This document shows, piece after piece, positions 48,906 through 59,182 of a stretch of 64,000 bases of DNA; positions within the stretch are counted from its first letter, which is position 1; each line of letters starts with the position of its first letter. This DNA comes from an uncultured Acidobacteriota bacterium (GTDB lineage Bacteria; Acidobacteriota; Thermoanaerobaculia; Thermoanaerobaculales; Sulfomarinibacteraceae). The position numbers and the translations under genes are program-made. The notes under the pieces were generated by a model. It saw only the letters and a list, made by a program, of their open reading frames with translations, was not told where the DNA came from and did no database searches. Where the stretch lies: the NCBI GenBank assembly GCA_963753035.1, contig CAVWAW010000026.1, forward strand, positions 2,838 to 66,837, read 5' to 3'.

Positions 48906-49296
48906 ATGACCCGAGACATCATCGCCACCACCAATGCGCCCGGCGCGGTCGGACCCTACTCCCAGGGCATCCGCACCGAACAGTTCGTCTTCACCGCCGG
49001 GCAGGTGCCCCTCGACCCCGCCACCGGAACCCTGGTCACGGGTTCCATCGAGGACCAGACGCGGCGCGCTCTCGAGAATGTCAAAGCCGTTCTCGAAGCT
49101 GCGGGCACCGGCCTCGACAGGGCCGTCAAGATGACCGTCTTCATGACCGATCTCGGCGACTTCAAACGCATGAACGCGGTCTACGCCGAGTATCTTCCCC
49201 GAAGCTCCACCGGCGCGCTCCGCATTCGAGGTCAGCGCGCTCCCCCTCGGCGCCGACATCGAGATCGAGGCGATCGCGCTGACGCGCAATTCTTAG
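48906..49296 (+). CDS. RidA/YjgF/TdcF family reactive-intermediate deaminase; 1 frame change near 49195
   Basis: APGAVGPYSQGIRTEQFVFTAGQVPLDP, VKMTVFMTDLGDFKRMNAVYAEY, and a C-terminal ...PARSAFEVSALPLGADIEIEAIA read after the shift. The stop TAG is at 49294-49296. Confidence 0.85.
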
Positions 49297-49401
49297 TTTT
49301 CAGTTCTTAGTAGTTCAGTTTTAAGTTTCCATCGCAACAGAAGTGCTAGGCAAGGCGGGCGCTGCGATGTAATTCAAAACTAATAACTTAAAACTAAGAA
49401 C
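49289..49401. repeat. heptad-armed inverted-repeat element, copy D
   Basis: Left arm ATTCTTAG TTTTCAG TTCTTAG TAGTTCAG TTTTAAG. Core CCATCGCAACAGAAGTGCTAGGCAAGGCGGGCGCTGCGATGT. Right arm AATTCAAAACTAATAACTTAAAACTAAGAAC. Both flanking convergent genes stop inside the arms. Confidence 0.8.
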
Positions 49402-50180
49402 TCCCTCCGTCTTCACCGGATTCGACAGCGTCCCCACGCCCTCGATCTCGACGGTCACCTCGTCGCCGGGATTGAGCGGGCCCGACCCCTGCCGGTGTGC
49501 CGGTGAGGATGAGATCGCCGGGCTCCAGGGTCATGACCTGGCTGATGTACGAGATCAAATAGGACGGGTTGAAGACCATCTCGCTGGTCCGGCCCTGTTG
49601 GCGGAGTTCGCCGTTGACCGAGCACCGGATCTCGAGATCGGCGACAGCTGCGCGGTCGATCCCGGCGACGATCCACGGACCGACCGGGCAGAAGGTGTCG
49701 AAGCCCTTGCCACGGGTCCACAGCTTCTCCGCTCGTTGGATATCCCGGGCGGTGACGTCGTTGGCGCAGCTGACACCGAGAACGGCGTCCCATGCCTCAT
49801 CCTCGGCGATACGTCGGCACCGCCGGCCCATGACCACGGCGAGCTCGCCCTCGTGCTCGACCTGAGTCCGATTCTGCCGGCAACTCGATGGCGTCGCCGG
49901 GCCCGATCACCGCGCTCGGCGGCTTGAAGAAGAGCAGCGGCGTCGAGGGCACCTCCGCCGCGTGCTCCGCTGCGTGGGCAACATAGTTCCGGGCGACGCA
50001 GATCACCTTTGACGGGGCAACCGGCGCCAGGAGACTGCAGCTCGATCAAGACGGCCGAGGACAGCCCCGCGTCTCGGTTCTTCGCCGAACGGTCCACCGG
50101 GCAGGTGGACGATCTCGTCGCCTTCGACCATGCCCCAAGCGGGTCGTCCTTCGATCTCGAACGCGGACGATTCTCCTCAC
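49394..50180 (-). CDS. fumarylacetoacetate hydrolase (FAH) family protein; ~3 frame changes, 3' end uncertain
   Basis: GTG 50180 is preceded by GGGAGG. RFEIEGRPAWGMVEGDEIVHL, KVICVARNYVAHAAE...PLLFFKPPSAVIGPGD, HEGELAVVMG, KGFDTFCPVGPWIV, MTLEPGDLILTGTPAGVGP. Confidence 0.8.
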
Positions 50181-50194
50181 ACCACACCTCCCGT

Positions 50195-53100
50195 TCAGCG
50201 AATCACTACCGGGACGGTGGTCGGATCGCCCGAACCGTTGTCCACGACGGACGCGTAGGCCCAGACCTCACATCCCCCCGTCAGGACCTTGACGATGGCG
50301 TAACCGAGGGGGCACGGCGCCGACACCCGATGGCTTCGAAGACCCGATTGACCTGGCTCCAACCACCCGCCGGCACCGAGGCATAGAACTGCCCCTTTTG
50401 CGCGCCCTGATCATCGTGGAGAAAGACCCGGACCGTGCACGTATTCGCACCATAGTTGGTGAAACCGATGTTGGTGCGGAAATCGTCGGTGCTCTTGAGT
50501 TGGCTCAAGATAACCATCTTCACCGGGGGTCAGGGCGGCTGACGCACCGAGTCCCGGCAGGAACTGGCCGAAGGTCCCATCGGGCGAGTCGTTGAAGGTC
50601 CGCGCCGTCACCACCAGCGGTCCATCGGCTTCGACGTCGACCGCACCCGACCGAACCCGGAGCCCCGAAGAGATCGGCGGCGATGTTCGCGAACTCGCGG
50701 AGTTCGCCGTCGGCCAGGGTCACCGAGGTGGCCTCGGAGTCCACCACTGTGGCGATAGGTCAGATCGGCCGTAACGCCCTGACCCGGAGAGATTGAGCAG
50801 AGCGAGGTTGGATTTCCATTTGGTCTGGTTGGCGCCGTCGGTCTCGGCGATACCGGCCATCAGATACCTCTCGTCGCCGGTCATCGTCGCGACCTCGGCC
50901 GGAGATCCTCGGGGATGGTCGTGGGATCGCCCGAAGACGTTGTCGACCACCGATGCGTAGGCCCAGACCGGGCCGTTTCCGCCCAGCCAGGTCGACCAGG
51001 GCGTAACAACCGCTGCAGGCGCCGGCGCCGGCGGCCTGAAAACCCGGTTGACCTGAAACCAACCTCCGGCGGGAACGATCTCGGCGAGTTCCGAAACCCA
51101 CCGCTTCCCCGGCGCCGTCGAAGAGCCGAATCCGGACGACCGCCCCCTCTCCGCCGAGATCGACAAAGCCGATGTTGGTTCGGAAGCCGGAACCGCTGTT
51201 GAGCTGGGACAGCACCGCGACCGCGTCACCGGCCAGACCCTCGTCTTCGGTGACACCCGGCAGGAACTGACCAAAAGTACCATCGGGCGATCGTTGAAGG
51301 TCCTGGCGGTCACGATCAATTCGGTGGAGGCCGTCAACTCCACGGCGCCGGCCGAGTTCGGGCACGCCGAAAGTGCCCGCGGCCACGTTGGGAAGTTCGA
51401 CGATCCCGCCCGGCCCCACCGCCACCGATGCCATTGCCGTACCGAGGTCGTGCCGGTACTCGAGATCGACCTGCGCCGAAGTCTCTCCGGGGTTGAGGAT
51501 CGCGAGATCGGATTTCCAGCGAGTCTGGGCCGCGCCCTCGGTCTCCGCGATCCCGGCCACCAGGTAAACACTGTCCGTTTCGACTCCATCCTGGATGACC
51601 GAAAAACTCTGATCGGAAACTGAGATCGAGCCGATCCGCTGCACCTCGGATAAATTGGCGCTCACGCTGAAGACCACACTGCCCGATCCCGTACCGGTTC
51701 CGGCGGTCACGGTGATCCACGCATCGGTGGTGGTCGCTTCCCACCCGCACCCGGAATCGGTCGCGACGGTGAATACTCCACCTCCCCCGGCGTCGGTAAA
51801 GGTCTGGGATGCGGGCGAGAGAAGATAATCACACTCGCCGCCGGCCTGGGTACACCACAAAGGCGAGACCGGCGATGATGAGCTGTCCGGTGCGGGGCGG
51901 GCCTGGGTTGGCCTGGACGGTGAACCCGGCGATGCCGTTGCCGGACCCCGATGCGGGCGCCACGGTCAACCACTCGGCCTGGCTCGAAGCGGTCCAGGGA
52001 CACCCCTCGTCGGTCGTCACATGGATGATCCCACCCCCACCTGAAGCTGACACCGAAGCCGATGCGGGACTGATCTCGAACGTGCAGTTGGAGCCGGGGG
52101 ATCTGACCCAGGAAGACCCGGCCCCAGCCATAGTCGTTGTCTTTGCCGGTGGAACCGAGATCGAACGCGCGAGCCTCGAGAAAGGCCTGGGTTTCGGCAT
52201 GGTCGAAACCCGGTTCGGCCTGCCTCACCACCGCTGCCGCGCCTGCTGCGTGCGGCGAGGCGGCCGAGGTTCCGAAGAAACTCCGGGTTCCATATGACAC
52301 GGTGGAGACGCCATCATAAGCGGAAAGATCCGGTTTGGTCTCGCCGCCCGAAAAGCTGCCACCGGGTCCGTTGACCGGACCGGCCGAGCTGAACGAACGA
52401 TAGCCGTATGGCGAGGTGTAGCTGATGGCGGCGACCGCGACCACGTCTGTGAACATCACTGGGAAGGGTGAGCGAACCCTCGGCCACCCGGTTGTTGAGG
52501 TCGCTGTCGAGGCTGAAGAGTTCCATGTCGTTGATAGCCGGTCACCCCTTGCCCGATTGATCCTGACACCGAAACGACCGCCATCGGGCGCGGTGTACGA
52601 GATGGTCTCGTAGGGCGTTTGATAGCTCAGCCCCGGTCTGCGGCCGATCGGAGACCGCCACCTCCACCGGTTCGTCGCCATCGAGGTTGTAAAGGTGGAG
52701 GCTGTAGTCCGATGTCGGCGAGGTCCAGTCGTTCCAGACGATGTTGACCGCAACACGATCACCTTCGGACATGGTGGAGCTGAGGTCGTTGAGATCGTCG
52801 CCGGGGGCGAATTCCACCCAGTTGTCGGAGTTGTCATCGACGACTGACGCCCTGCCAATGCGAGCGCCGTTCGTTCCCCGCCGAGGTGAGAAAGAGTGCG
52901 TCGGTGGCGGCGATGAAAGGCGTTGATCTCGTTCGCCATCTGACCGGTGCCGTCCCCGGGCCCGGTGCCGTACCACCCGAGCGACATGGTGACCACGTCG
53001 ACACCCTGACCGGCGAGCCAGTCCAGCGCGGAATAGAAATCGGTGGTGGTGCGAATATGCGCGAGGAAGAGTTCGGCATCGGGCGCGATGTCGTGGACGA

Positions 53101-53721
53101 TCTCGGCGCAACCGGTGCCGTGCACTTCGTCATCCGACCAGACTCGCACCACCGAACGCCTGATAGGTCGTCTCGCCGGCGGGCGGAAGCTCGACTCCGA
53201 GGAGATCCTCCCAACCCCCGAACTGGACATCGATGATGCCGACCTGGATCCCGTCCCCGGTCAGACCCTCGGCGTGCCAGGCATCCGAGCATTCATCACG
53301 GCTACCCCTTCCGAGGTCACTGCGAGGGTGGTCCATTTGGCGTGGCGCAGCCGGAGGCGCGGGTTCGGGAAGCTCGGCGTAGATCGGCCGTTCCACGAAC
53401 ACGACATCGGAACGCTCTGCGAGGTCGGTCAGAAGTGTGGGCGGAACAAACGCCTGCACGCGGCCTCGCGCCGCGAGCACGTAGGTCGCACCGTTTTCGC
53501 GAAGCCAGTCTTCGATGGCCGCCGTACCGGCGCCGTCGCTCACCGCGACCACCTGGACTCGTCCGTCGCGAACCGCGAGCCCGAGGCTCTCGGCGATCTC
53601 GAGCGGGCTCGAACTGGTAACGACAGCCCGCACTGAGTCGTCGAATCGATCGACCGCCTCCACGTCAACGATTGCGGTAATGATCGAGGATCAAACACAG
53701 CGTCAGGTACCGAAACTTCAT
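50195..53721 (-). CDS. secreted subtilisin-like (S8) serine protease with two BACON-like Ig domains and two copies of the ~215-aa '...ASVVDN-x-x-GDP' module; >=9 frame changes
   Basis: Signal MKFRYLTLCLIL.... Triad contexts VGIIDVQFGG (D), HGTGCAEIV (H), FGTSAASPHAAGAAAVV (S). BACON-like: C-x-[FY]-x-[IL]-SP...GG-x-G...C-x-W-x-A...W[IL]TV...G-x-G-x-G. Module ends are WAYASVVDNVFG and WAYASVVDNGSGDPTTVPVVIR*. Confidence 0.8.
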
Positions 53722-53839
53722 GGGTCTCCCTCTCCGACCGGCGGCTCTATGGTCACAAACCGGGGCGAATCCCGATTCGACCCGGGACTCATTGTAGGCG
53801 CAACAACACCCGGCGTGCGAGGCTTCCCTCTTCGCTGAT

Positions 53840-56073
53840 ATGCTCCACCTCACGAGCCGTTCCGGAGGCCGCACATTGAAACTCACCCATCAACGACGGA
53901 AAATCACCATCGGACCAACCCGATTCGAGGCCTCCCGGACTGCCGACGGGGTCGCCGAACTCTGGGCGGACGACGACGACGCTCTCGCCTGCGCCCTCGG
54001 CGCCGCCCACGCCACCGACCGTCTGGTCCAGATGGTCATGGCCCGGATCGTCGGTCAGGGCCGGATCTCGGAGTGCCTCGCCGATGACGAAACGACCTTC
54101 GCCATCGATCTCTTCATGCGGCAGATGGGTTTTCGCCGCGAGGCGGACCGCGAGGTCGCGGATCTCGATCCGGAGGCGCGCCGTTTCGCCGAGGCCTATG
54201 CAGCCGGGGTCAACCACGTCATCGCAAACCGGCGGCGGCCGGTGGAGTTTGTCCTCGTCGGACACCGGCCCGCCGAGTGGACCCCGGCCGATACGCTCCT
54301 CACCATCAAACTCATGTCCTACCTCGGTCTCGCACAATCCCAGCAGGATGCGGAGAAGCTCATCATCCAGGCGATCCACGGCGGGACACCCATCGAGGCT
54401 CTCACCCGCCTGTTCAGCCCTCACCTCGACGGTCTCGATGACGAAACCGTCGATGCCATCCGCAACCTCGCCCACCTCGAACCCCTGCTACCCCCTGCCC
54501 TCCGGTTCCTACCCGGAGCGCCCAAAGTCGCGGCGAGCAACAACTGGGCGGTCAGCGGCGCCCGATCGGCATCGGGCAACCCCATCCAGTGCAATGACCC
54601 CCATCTCGAAATCAACCGCCTGCCTGCCATCTGGTACGAGGCGGTCATGCACACCGCCGACGACGATCGGGTCGGCGCCACCATGCCCGGAGTCCCGGGG
54701 ATGGTCATGGGCCGAACCCGGAACCTGTCGCTCGGATTCACCTACGGTTTCATGGACATGGCGGACTTTTTTGTCGAGGACTGCCAGAACGGGCGCTGCC
54801 GCCGTGGCGACGAATACCACGCACTCGACAGCCGGGCCGAGACCATTAGACGGAAAGAAGCACCCCGACGCGGAGATCACCATCCGCGAAAACGACCTGG
54901 GTGTTCTCGAGGCCGACCCTCTGCAGAGCGAACTCGCCGACGGGATCTATCTGACCCGGGCATGGTCGGGACACCGGGAGGGAACCGCCAGCTCTCTCGA
55001 CGCCATTCGGCGGGTTGTCCGATCGACCACCGTACCCGACGCGCAGGCCATCCTCCGCAAGGTTTCCATCTCGTGCAACTGGGTGCTCGCCGACCGCCTC
55101 GGCAATATCGGATACCAGCAGTCCGGGCTCCTTCCCGACCGCTGCCACTCCGGAGTCCATCCGGTCCCCGCCTGGCGGGGAGAAAACCACTGGCGGGGCC
55201 TGGTCGATCCGGATCGACTCCACTCGGAACTCAATCCGGCCGACGGCATCGTGGTCACGGCCAACAATGAAATCAACGCCCCCTCAGGCCCCATGGCCGT
55301 CAACCTGCCCATGGGCTCCTACCGCCACGATCGGATTCGAGCCCTGCTCGAAGCGAACAGCGAACACACCCCGGAGACCATGAAGGCCATCCAGCTCGAT
55401 CTCATGTCCCTTCAGGCCGAAGCGCTCATGGAGATCTGGCGCCCGCTGCTCCCGGACAGCCTGGCCGGGCGACTACTCGCGCGTTGGGACCTCCACTACG
55501 ATCTCGACTCACGCGGAGCGACCCTCTTCGAGGAGGCCTATCAACGGATTCTGCTCGAGGTCTGCGGCGAACGGATCTTCGGCCGAGACGTCTGGGACGC
55601 CCTGGTGGAAGAGACCGCCATCGTCGCCGACTACTATCACTTCTTCGACCGGATCCTGTTATCGGAAGATCCCTACTGGTGGGGCGAGGAGGGCCGCGAA
55701 GCGGTGCTGACGAGGATCCTCGGCGACCAGCTCACCCACCTCGATCTCTATCACGTGATGCCCTGGGGACGCCGCCGCCGGACGATGATGACCAATATCT
55801 TCTTCAACGGCAAACTGCCGCGAATGCTTGGCTTTGACCACGGACCCATCTCGATGCCGGGCAGCCGCGCCACCGTGATCCAGGGCGGCCTCTTCACCGC
55901 CCACGGCCGCGACCACCACCTTCGCTCCGTCCTGGCGGTTTATCACCGACATGGGCGCCGACACCGTGGAAACGGTGCTCGCGGGCGGTCCGTCGGGGAG
56001 CCGGTTCTCGAGCTGGTACACCACCGATGTCGAGCGCTGGTTGCTCGGGGAGTACAAGACACTCGAATTATGA
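53840..56073 (+). CDS. penicillin acylase family (Ntn-hydrolase, S45) protein, possibly an acyl-homoserine-lactone/beta-lactam acylase; 2 frame changes
   Basis: Self-processing site ...APKVAASNNWAVSGARSASGNPIQCNDPHL. NIGYQQSGLLP, ...IVVTANNEI. The tail ...SWYTTDVERWLLGEYKTLEL* is read after a shift near 55920. Confidence 0.8.
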
Positions 56074-56160
56074 ATGATGAATGATGAATTTCATCGCAGG
56101 TGCCTTTGGCTGCAGAGTTCTTAGTTTTTAGTTCTTAGTTTTTAATTCCATCGCAGCAGT
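56066..56160. repeat. heptad-repeat element, copy E (two different heptad blocks, each followed by CATCGCAG)
   Basis: AATTATGAA TGATGAA TGATGAA TTT-CATCGCAGG... then TTCTTAG TTTTTAG TTCTTAG TTTTTAA TT-CCATCGCAGCAG. The acylase stop TGA at 56071-56073 is the first rung. Confidence 0.75.
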
Positions 56161-56381
56161 TCTTTCCTCTCGATGACCTCTGGATCACCGCGAGATGACC
56201 CATTCTCGAAGGATCTCGACGCAGGCGAGACGCCCGCGCCACAACAGGACCATCGTCATTGTGGTGCGGGCGGCCCGCCCGCAAGATGACAGTAGTTGAT
56301 CAGCATCCACGAGCCACCCTGCGATGGCCTTTGCGAAGTTCCTAGCGTTCTTTACGCTCTTTGCGGTCAAACTGCGATGGG

Positions 56382-56828
56382 TCAGTCGCCTGGCTTTTCC
56401 TTCTCGCCTACCCGCCGTCGTCCCATGCGAATGACGAACCAGCTCCCGATGACTCCGGCTGCGACGATGGTTGCGGCCAACGCCTGTTGCGGTTCGGGAG
56501 CAATCATGACCATCGTGGCGCTGGCTGCGATGGCGAGCCACATCACAACGAGGGTCCAGACCACCACCTTGCGCGGCATCTGGGCGCCCTGATCGAGATA
56601 GATGAGAAATGGCCGGAATAGCGGGATCCGAATCAGCCGTTCCTCGAGCCAGGGGCAACTTCGAGTGAAGCACCACGAGGCCCCGAGGAGGAAGATCGTG
56701 GTCGGCAAGCCCGGGAGAAACACCCCCACCGCTCCGATGCCGACCAGAGACACACCGCCAGCCACCAAAAACCACCGGTGGAGACGGCTGCGGACGGGAC
56801 GAACACCAGCTGGATCCGTTACTTCCAT
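56382..56828 (-). CDS. DUF454 (YbaN) family inner-membrane protein
   Basis: Intact. VGIGAVGVFLPGLPTTIFLLGASWCFTRSCPWLEERL is the hallmark N-terminal region of YbaN-like proteins. Confidence 0.8.
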   Translation of the reverse strand: MEVTDPAGVRPVRSRLHRWFLVAGGVSLVGIGAVGVFLPGLPTTIFLLGASWCFTRSCPWLEERLIRIPLFRPFLIYLDQGAQMPRKVVVWTLVVMWLAIAASATMVMIAPEPQQALAATIVAAGVIGSWFVIRMGRRRVGEKEKPGD

Positions 56829-57020
56829 TATCTCTTGGAGTTCAACGTCTCGGAAACCGGATCATTCCCCGATGGATTCTCGGGCCACCCCAAGCAGGAG
56901 CCTGAAGCCTCATGCCAAAATCTCCTTCATTGATGATTCGTGGTCTTTGTGCCGGCGAGACGCCGGCACTACAAATGGCGGAGATCCATTGCGGGAACGG
57001 GGTCTCGCCGACCTTCGGCG

Positions 57021-57788
57021 TCACGTCCTCAAATACGACGCTCCGTTGACATCGATAATCGCGCCAGTCGAAAACTCGGCGCCGTCGGAGGCGAGGAAGA
57101 TGACCGCCGCCGCGACCTCCTCGGGTTTGGCGATCCGGCCGAACGGGCTCTGGGTCGTGATGTCCGCCCACATGGGCGTGTCGTGATACCGCGCCGCCAT
57201 GTCGGTATCGACAAAGCCCGGCGCTACAACACCGACGGCGATCCCATGCGGCGCAAGCCGTTTGGCCAGACTCTGGCTCATGGCGTTGAGTCCGGCCTTG
57301 CTGGCTCCATAGGCCGGGCCGTTGGGTTCACCGCGGAACGAACCGCGCGACGAGACGTTGACGATTCGGCCGCCGCCGCGTTCGATCATGTGGCGCGCGG
57401 CGCAGTAACTGATATTCGCTGGGCCCAGTAGATTCGCCTCGAGCACCCTTTTCCACGCGTCCTGCCACTCGTCGTAGTCGACGTCCTCGAGGACGTGGTC
57501 GACCCAGATGCCGGCGTTGTTCACTACGATGTCGAGTCCGCCCAGGGCCTCGATGGCCGCCGCCACCAGATCTTCCACGGCCACGGGATCAGTCACATCC
57601 GCCTGCAGCATGATGTGGCCGTCGCCAGGGAGTTCGGCAAGGGTCGCCTCGGCCGCACTCGTGTTGCCGCGGTAGTTGATCGCCACCCGAGCCCCGCGTT
57701 CGGCGAAACCCACGGCGCAGGCCCGTCCGATCCCTCGCGACCCACCGGTGACGAGAACGTTCTTTCCCTTGAAATCCATCTTTGACAT
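57021..57788 (-). CDS. SDR-family oxidoreductase (3-oxoacyl-ACP reductase-like)
   Basis: Intact 255 aa. VLVTGGSRGIGRA (TGxxxGxG), NNAG, catalytic YGASKAGL (YxxxK). Confidence 0.9.
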   Translation of the reverse strand: MSKMDFKGKNVLVTGGSRGIGRACAVGFAERGARVAINYRGNTSAAEATLAELPGDGHIMLQADVTDPVAVEDLVAAAIEALGGLDIVVNNAGIWVDHVLEDVDYDEWQDAWKRVLEANLLGPANISYCAARHMIERGGGRIVNVSSRGSFRGEPNGPAYGASKAGLNAMSQSLAKRLAPHGIAVGVVAPGFVDTDMAARYHDTPMWADITTQSPFGRIAKPEEVAAAVIFLASDGAEFSTGAIIDVNGASYLRT

Positions 57789-58048
57789 CCTCCATGACCT
57801 TGATCCCGCTCGATTCTACACGGCGTTGAATCTCCCCCGAGAACACGACAGAGACTTCAGGCGTCCGTCGTGCGGACCCTGTGGCCAAAAATGGAATTCA
57901 CAGGCATTTCGTGATAGAACACCCCCCTCGGTTATACCCAACAAAGAGGGATGCGAGGCCGCAGGCCTTCACTGAGAATAAACACCCGTGAGTCACAGTT
58001 CTTAATTCTGAACACGCGCGCGCACCACTTGACCTGAGGGGCGATGAG

Positions 58049-59182
58049 ATGGACTACACGAATCCGCAACAGAACGAGGGGCCGGGCATCGACCTTCGTA
58101 GCGGAGAAAGCCACAGTCTGAAGCACGACGATTCGTGGCACGAGAACCTGCTTTCAGGTGTTTCGCGGACCTTTGCTCTGACCATTCCCCAACTCCCGAG
58201 CGGTCTGCGGGAGGCGGTCACCAACGCCTACCTCCTGTGCCGAATCGCCGATACCATCGAGGACGATCCGCTCCTCGATCCCGACACCAAGGATCGATTC
58301 CACAGCGCGTTCCTCGAGGCGGTCACGACCGGTCGCGGAGCAGATGATTTCGCGGCCGAACTCGCGCCGCTTCTGGCGCCGAGCACATTGGCGGCTGAAG
58401 TCGAGCTGATCGAAGAAAGCCCGCGGGTACTGCAGGTCACCCGAGGGATGCATCCAAGGCAACGCATCGCCATCCAACGATGCCTCGACACCATGAGTCA
58501 CGGGATGGCCAGCTTCGCACGGAGCAGAACCCGCGATGGGCTGGCCGACGTGGTCGAGTTCGAACGCTACTGCTATTTCGTAGCAGGGGTCGTCGGGGAG
58601 ATGCTCACCGAGCTCTTCTGCGACTACTCACCCGAGATCGACGCCATTCGCGATCAGCTCACGCCAAGGGCTGTCGGCTTCGGACTCGGGCTCCAGATGA
58701 CCAACATCCTCAAGGACATCTGGGATGACCTCGAGCACGACACCTGCTGGCTCCCACGCGACGTTTTCGAGCGCCACGGATACGATCTCACAACACTGGC
58801 GCCGAACCACAACGGAAACGGCCCGGCGTTCGCAGCATCGATGCACGAACTCATCGACATCGCCCAGGGTCATCTGCGCGAAGCTCTGGCCTACACGCTG
58901 GCGATGCCTCGCAACGAAACCGGAATCCGGCGCTTCCTGATCTGGGCCGTTCTGCTCGCAGTTTCCACCCTTGGAAAGATTTCGGATCATCCGCTGTTTA
59001 CCTCTGGTACGCAGGTCAAGGTTTCTCGACCCCGCGTCGCCGCCATCATCGCCGGCTCGAGCTCGCTCATACGCAGCAATGAAGGACTGAAAAAGCTGTT
59101 CAACACCGCCGCCCGGAGGCTCCCTCTGGATAGCGCCAACCAATTTTCCGCCGTGATCCGAAAGGAATCTGCAAACCCTTGA
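58049..59182 (+). CDS. sqs: squalene synthase (farnesyl-diphosphate farnesyltransferase; squalene/phytoene synthase family)
   Basis: Intact 377 aa. GVSRTFALTIPQLPSGLREAVTNAYLLCRIADTIEDD parallels the SRSF...YLVLRALDTLEDD region of eukaryote-type SQS. The second Asp-rich region is NILKDIWDD. Confidence 0.8.
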   Translation: MDYTNPQQNEGPGIDLRSGESHSLKHDDSWHENLLSGVSRTFALTIPQLPSGLREAVTNAYLLCRIADTIEDDPLLDPDTKDRFHSAFLEAVTTGRGADDFAAELAPLLAPSTLAAEVELIEESPRVLQVTRGMHPRQRIAIQRCLDTMSHGMASFARSRTRDGLADVVEFERYCYFVAGVVGEMLTELFCDYSPEIDAIRDQLTPRAVGFGLGLQMTNILKDIWDDLEHDTCWLPRDVFERHGYDLTTLAPNHNGNGPAFAASMHELIDIAQGHLREALAYTLAMPRNETGIRRFLIWAVLLAVSTLGKISDHPLFTSGTQVKVSRPRVAAIIAGSSSLIRSNEGLKKLFNTAARRLPLDSANQFSAVIRKESANP

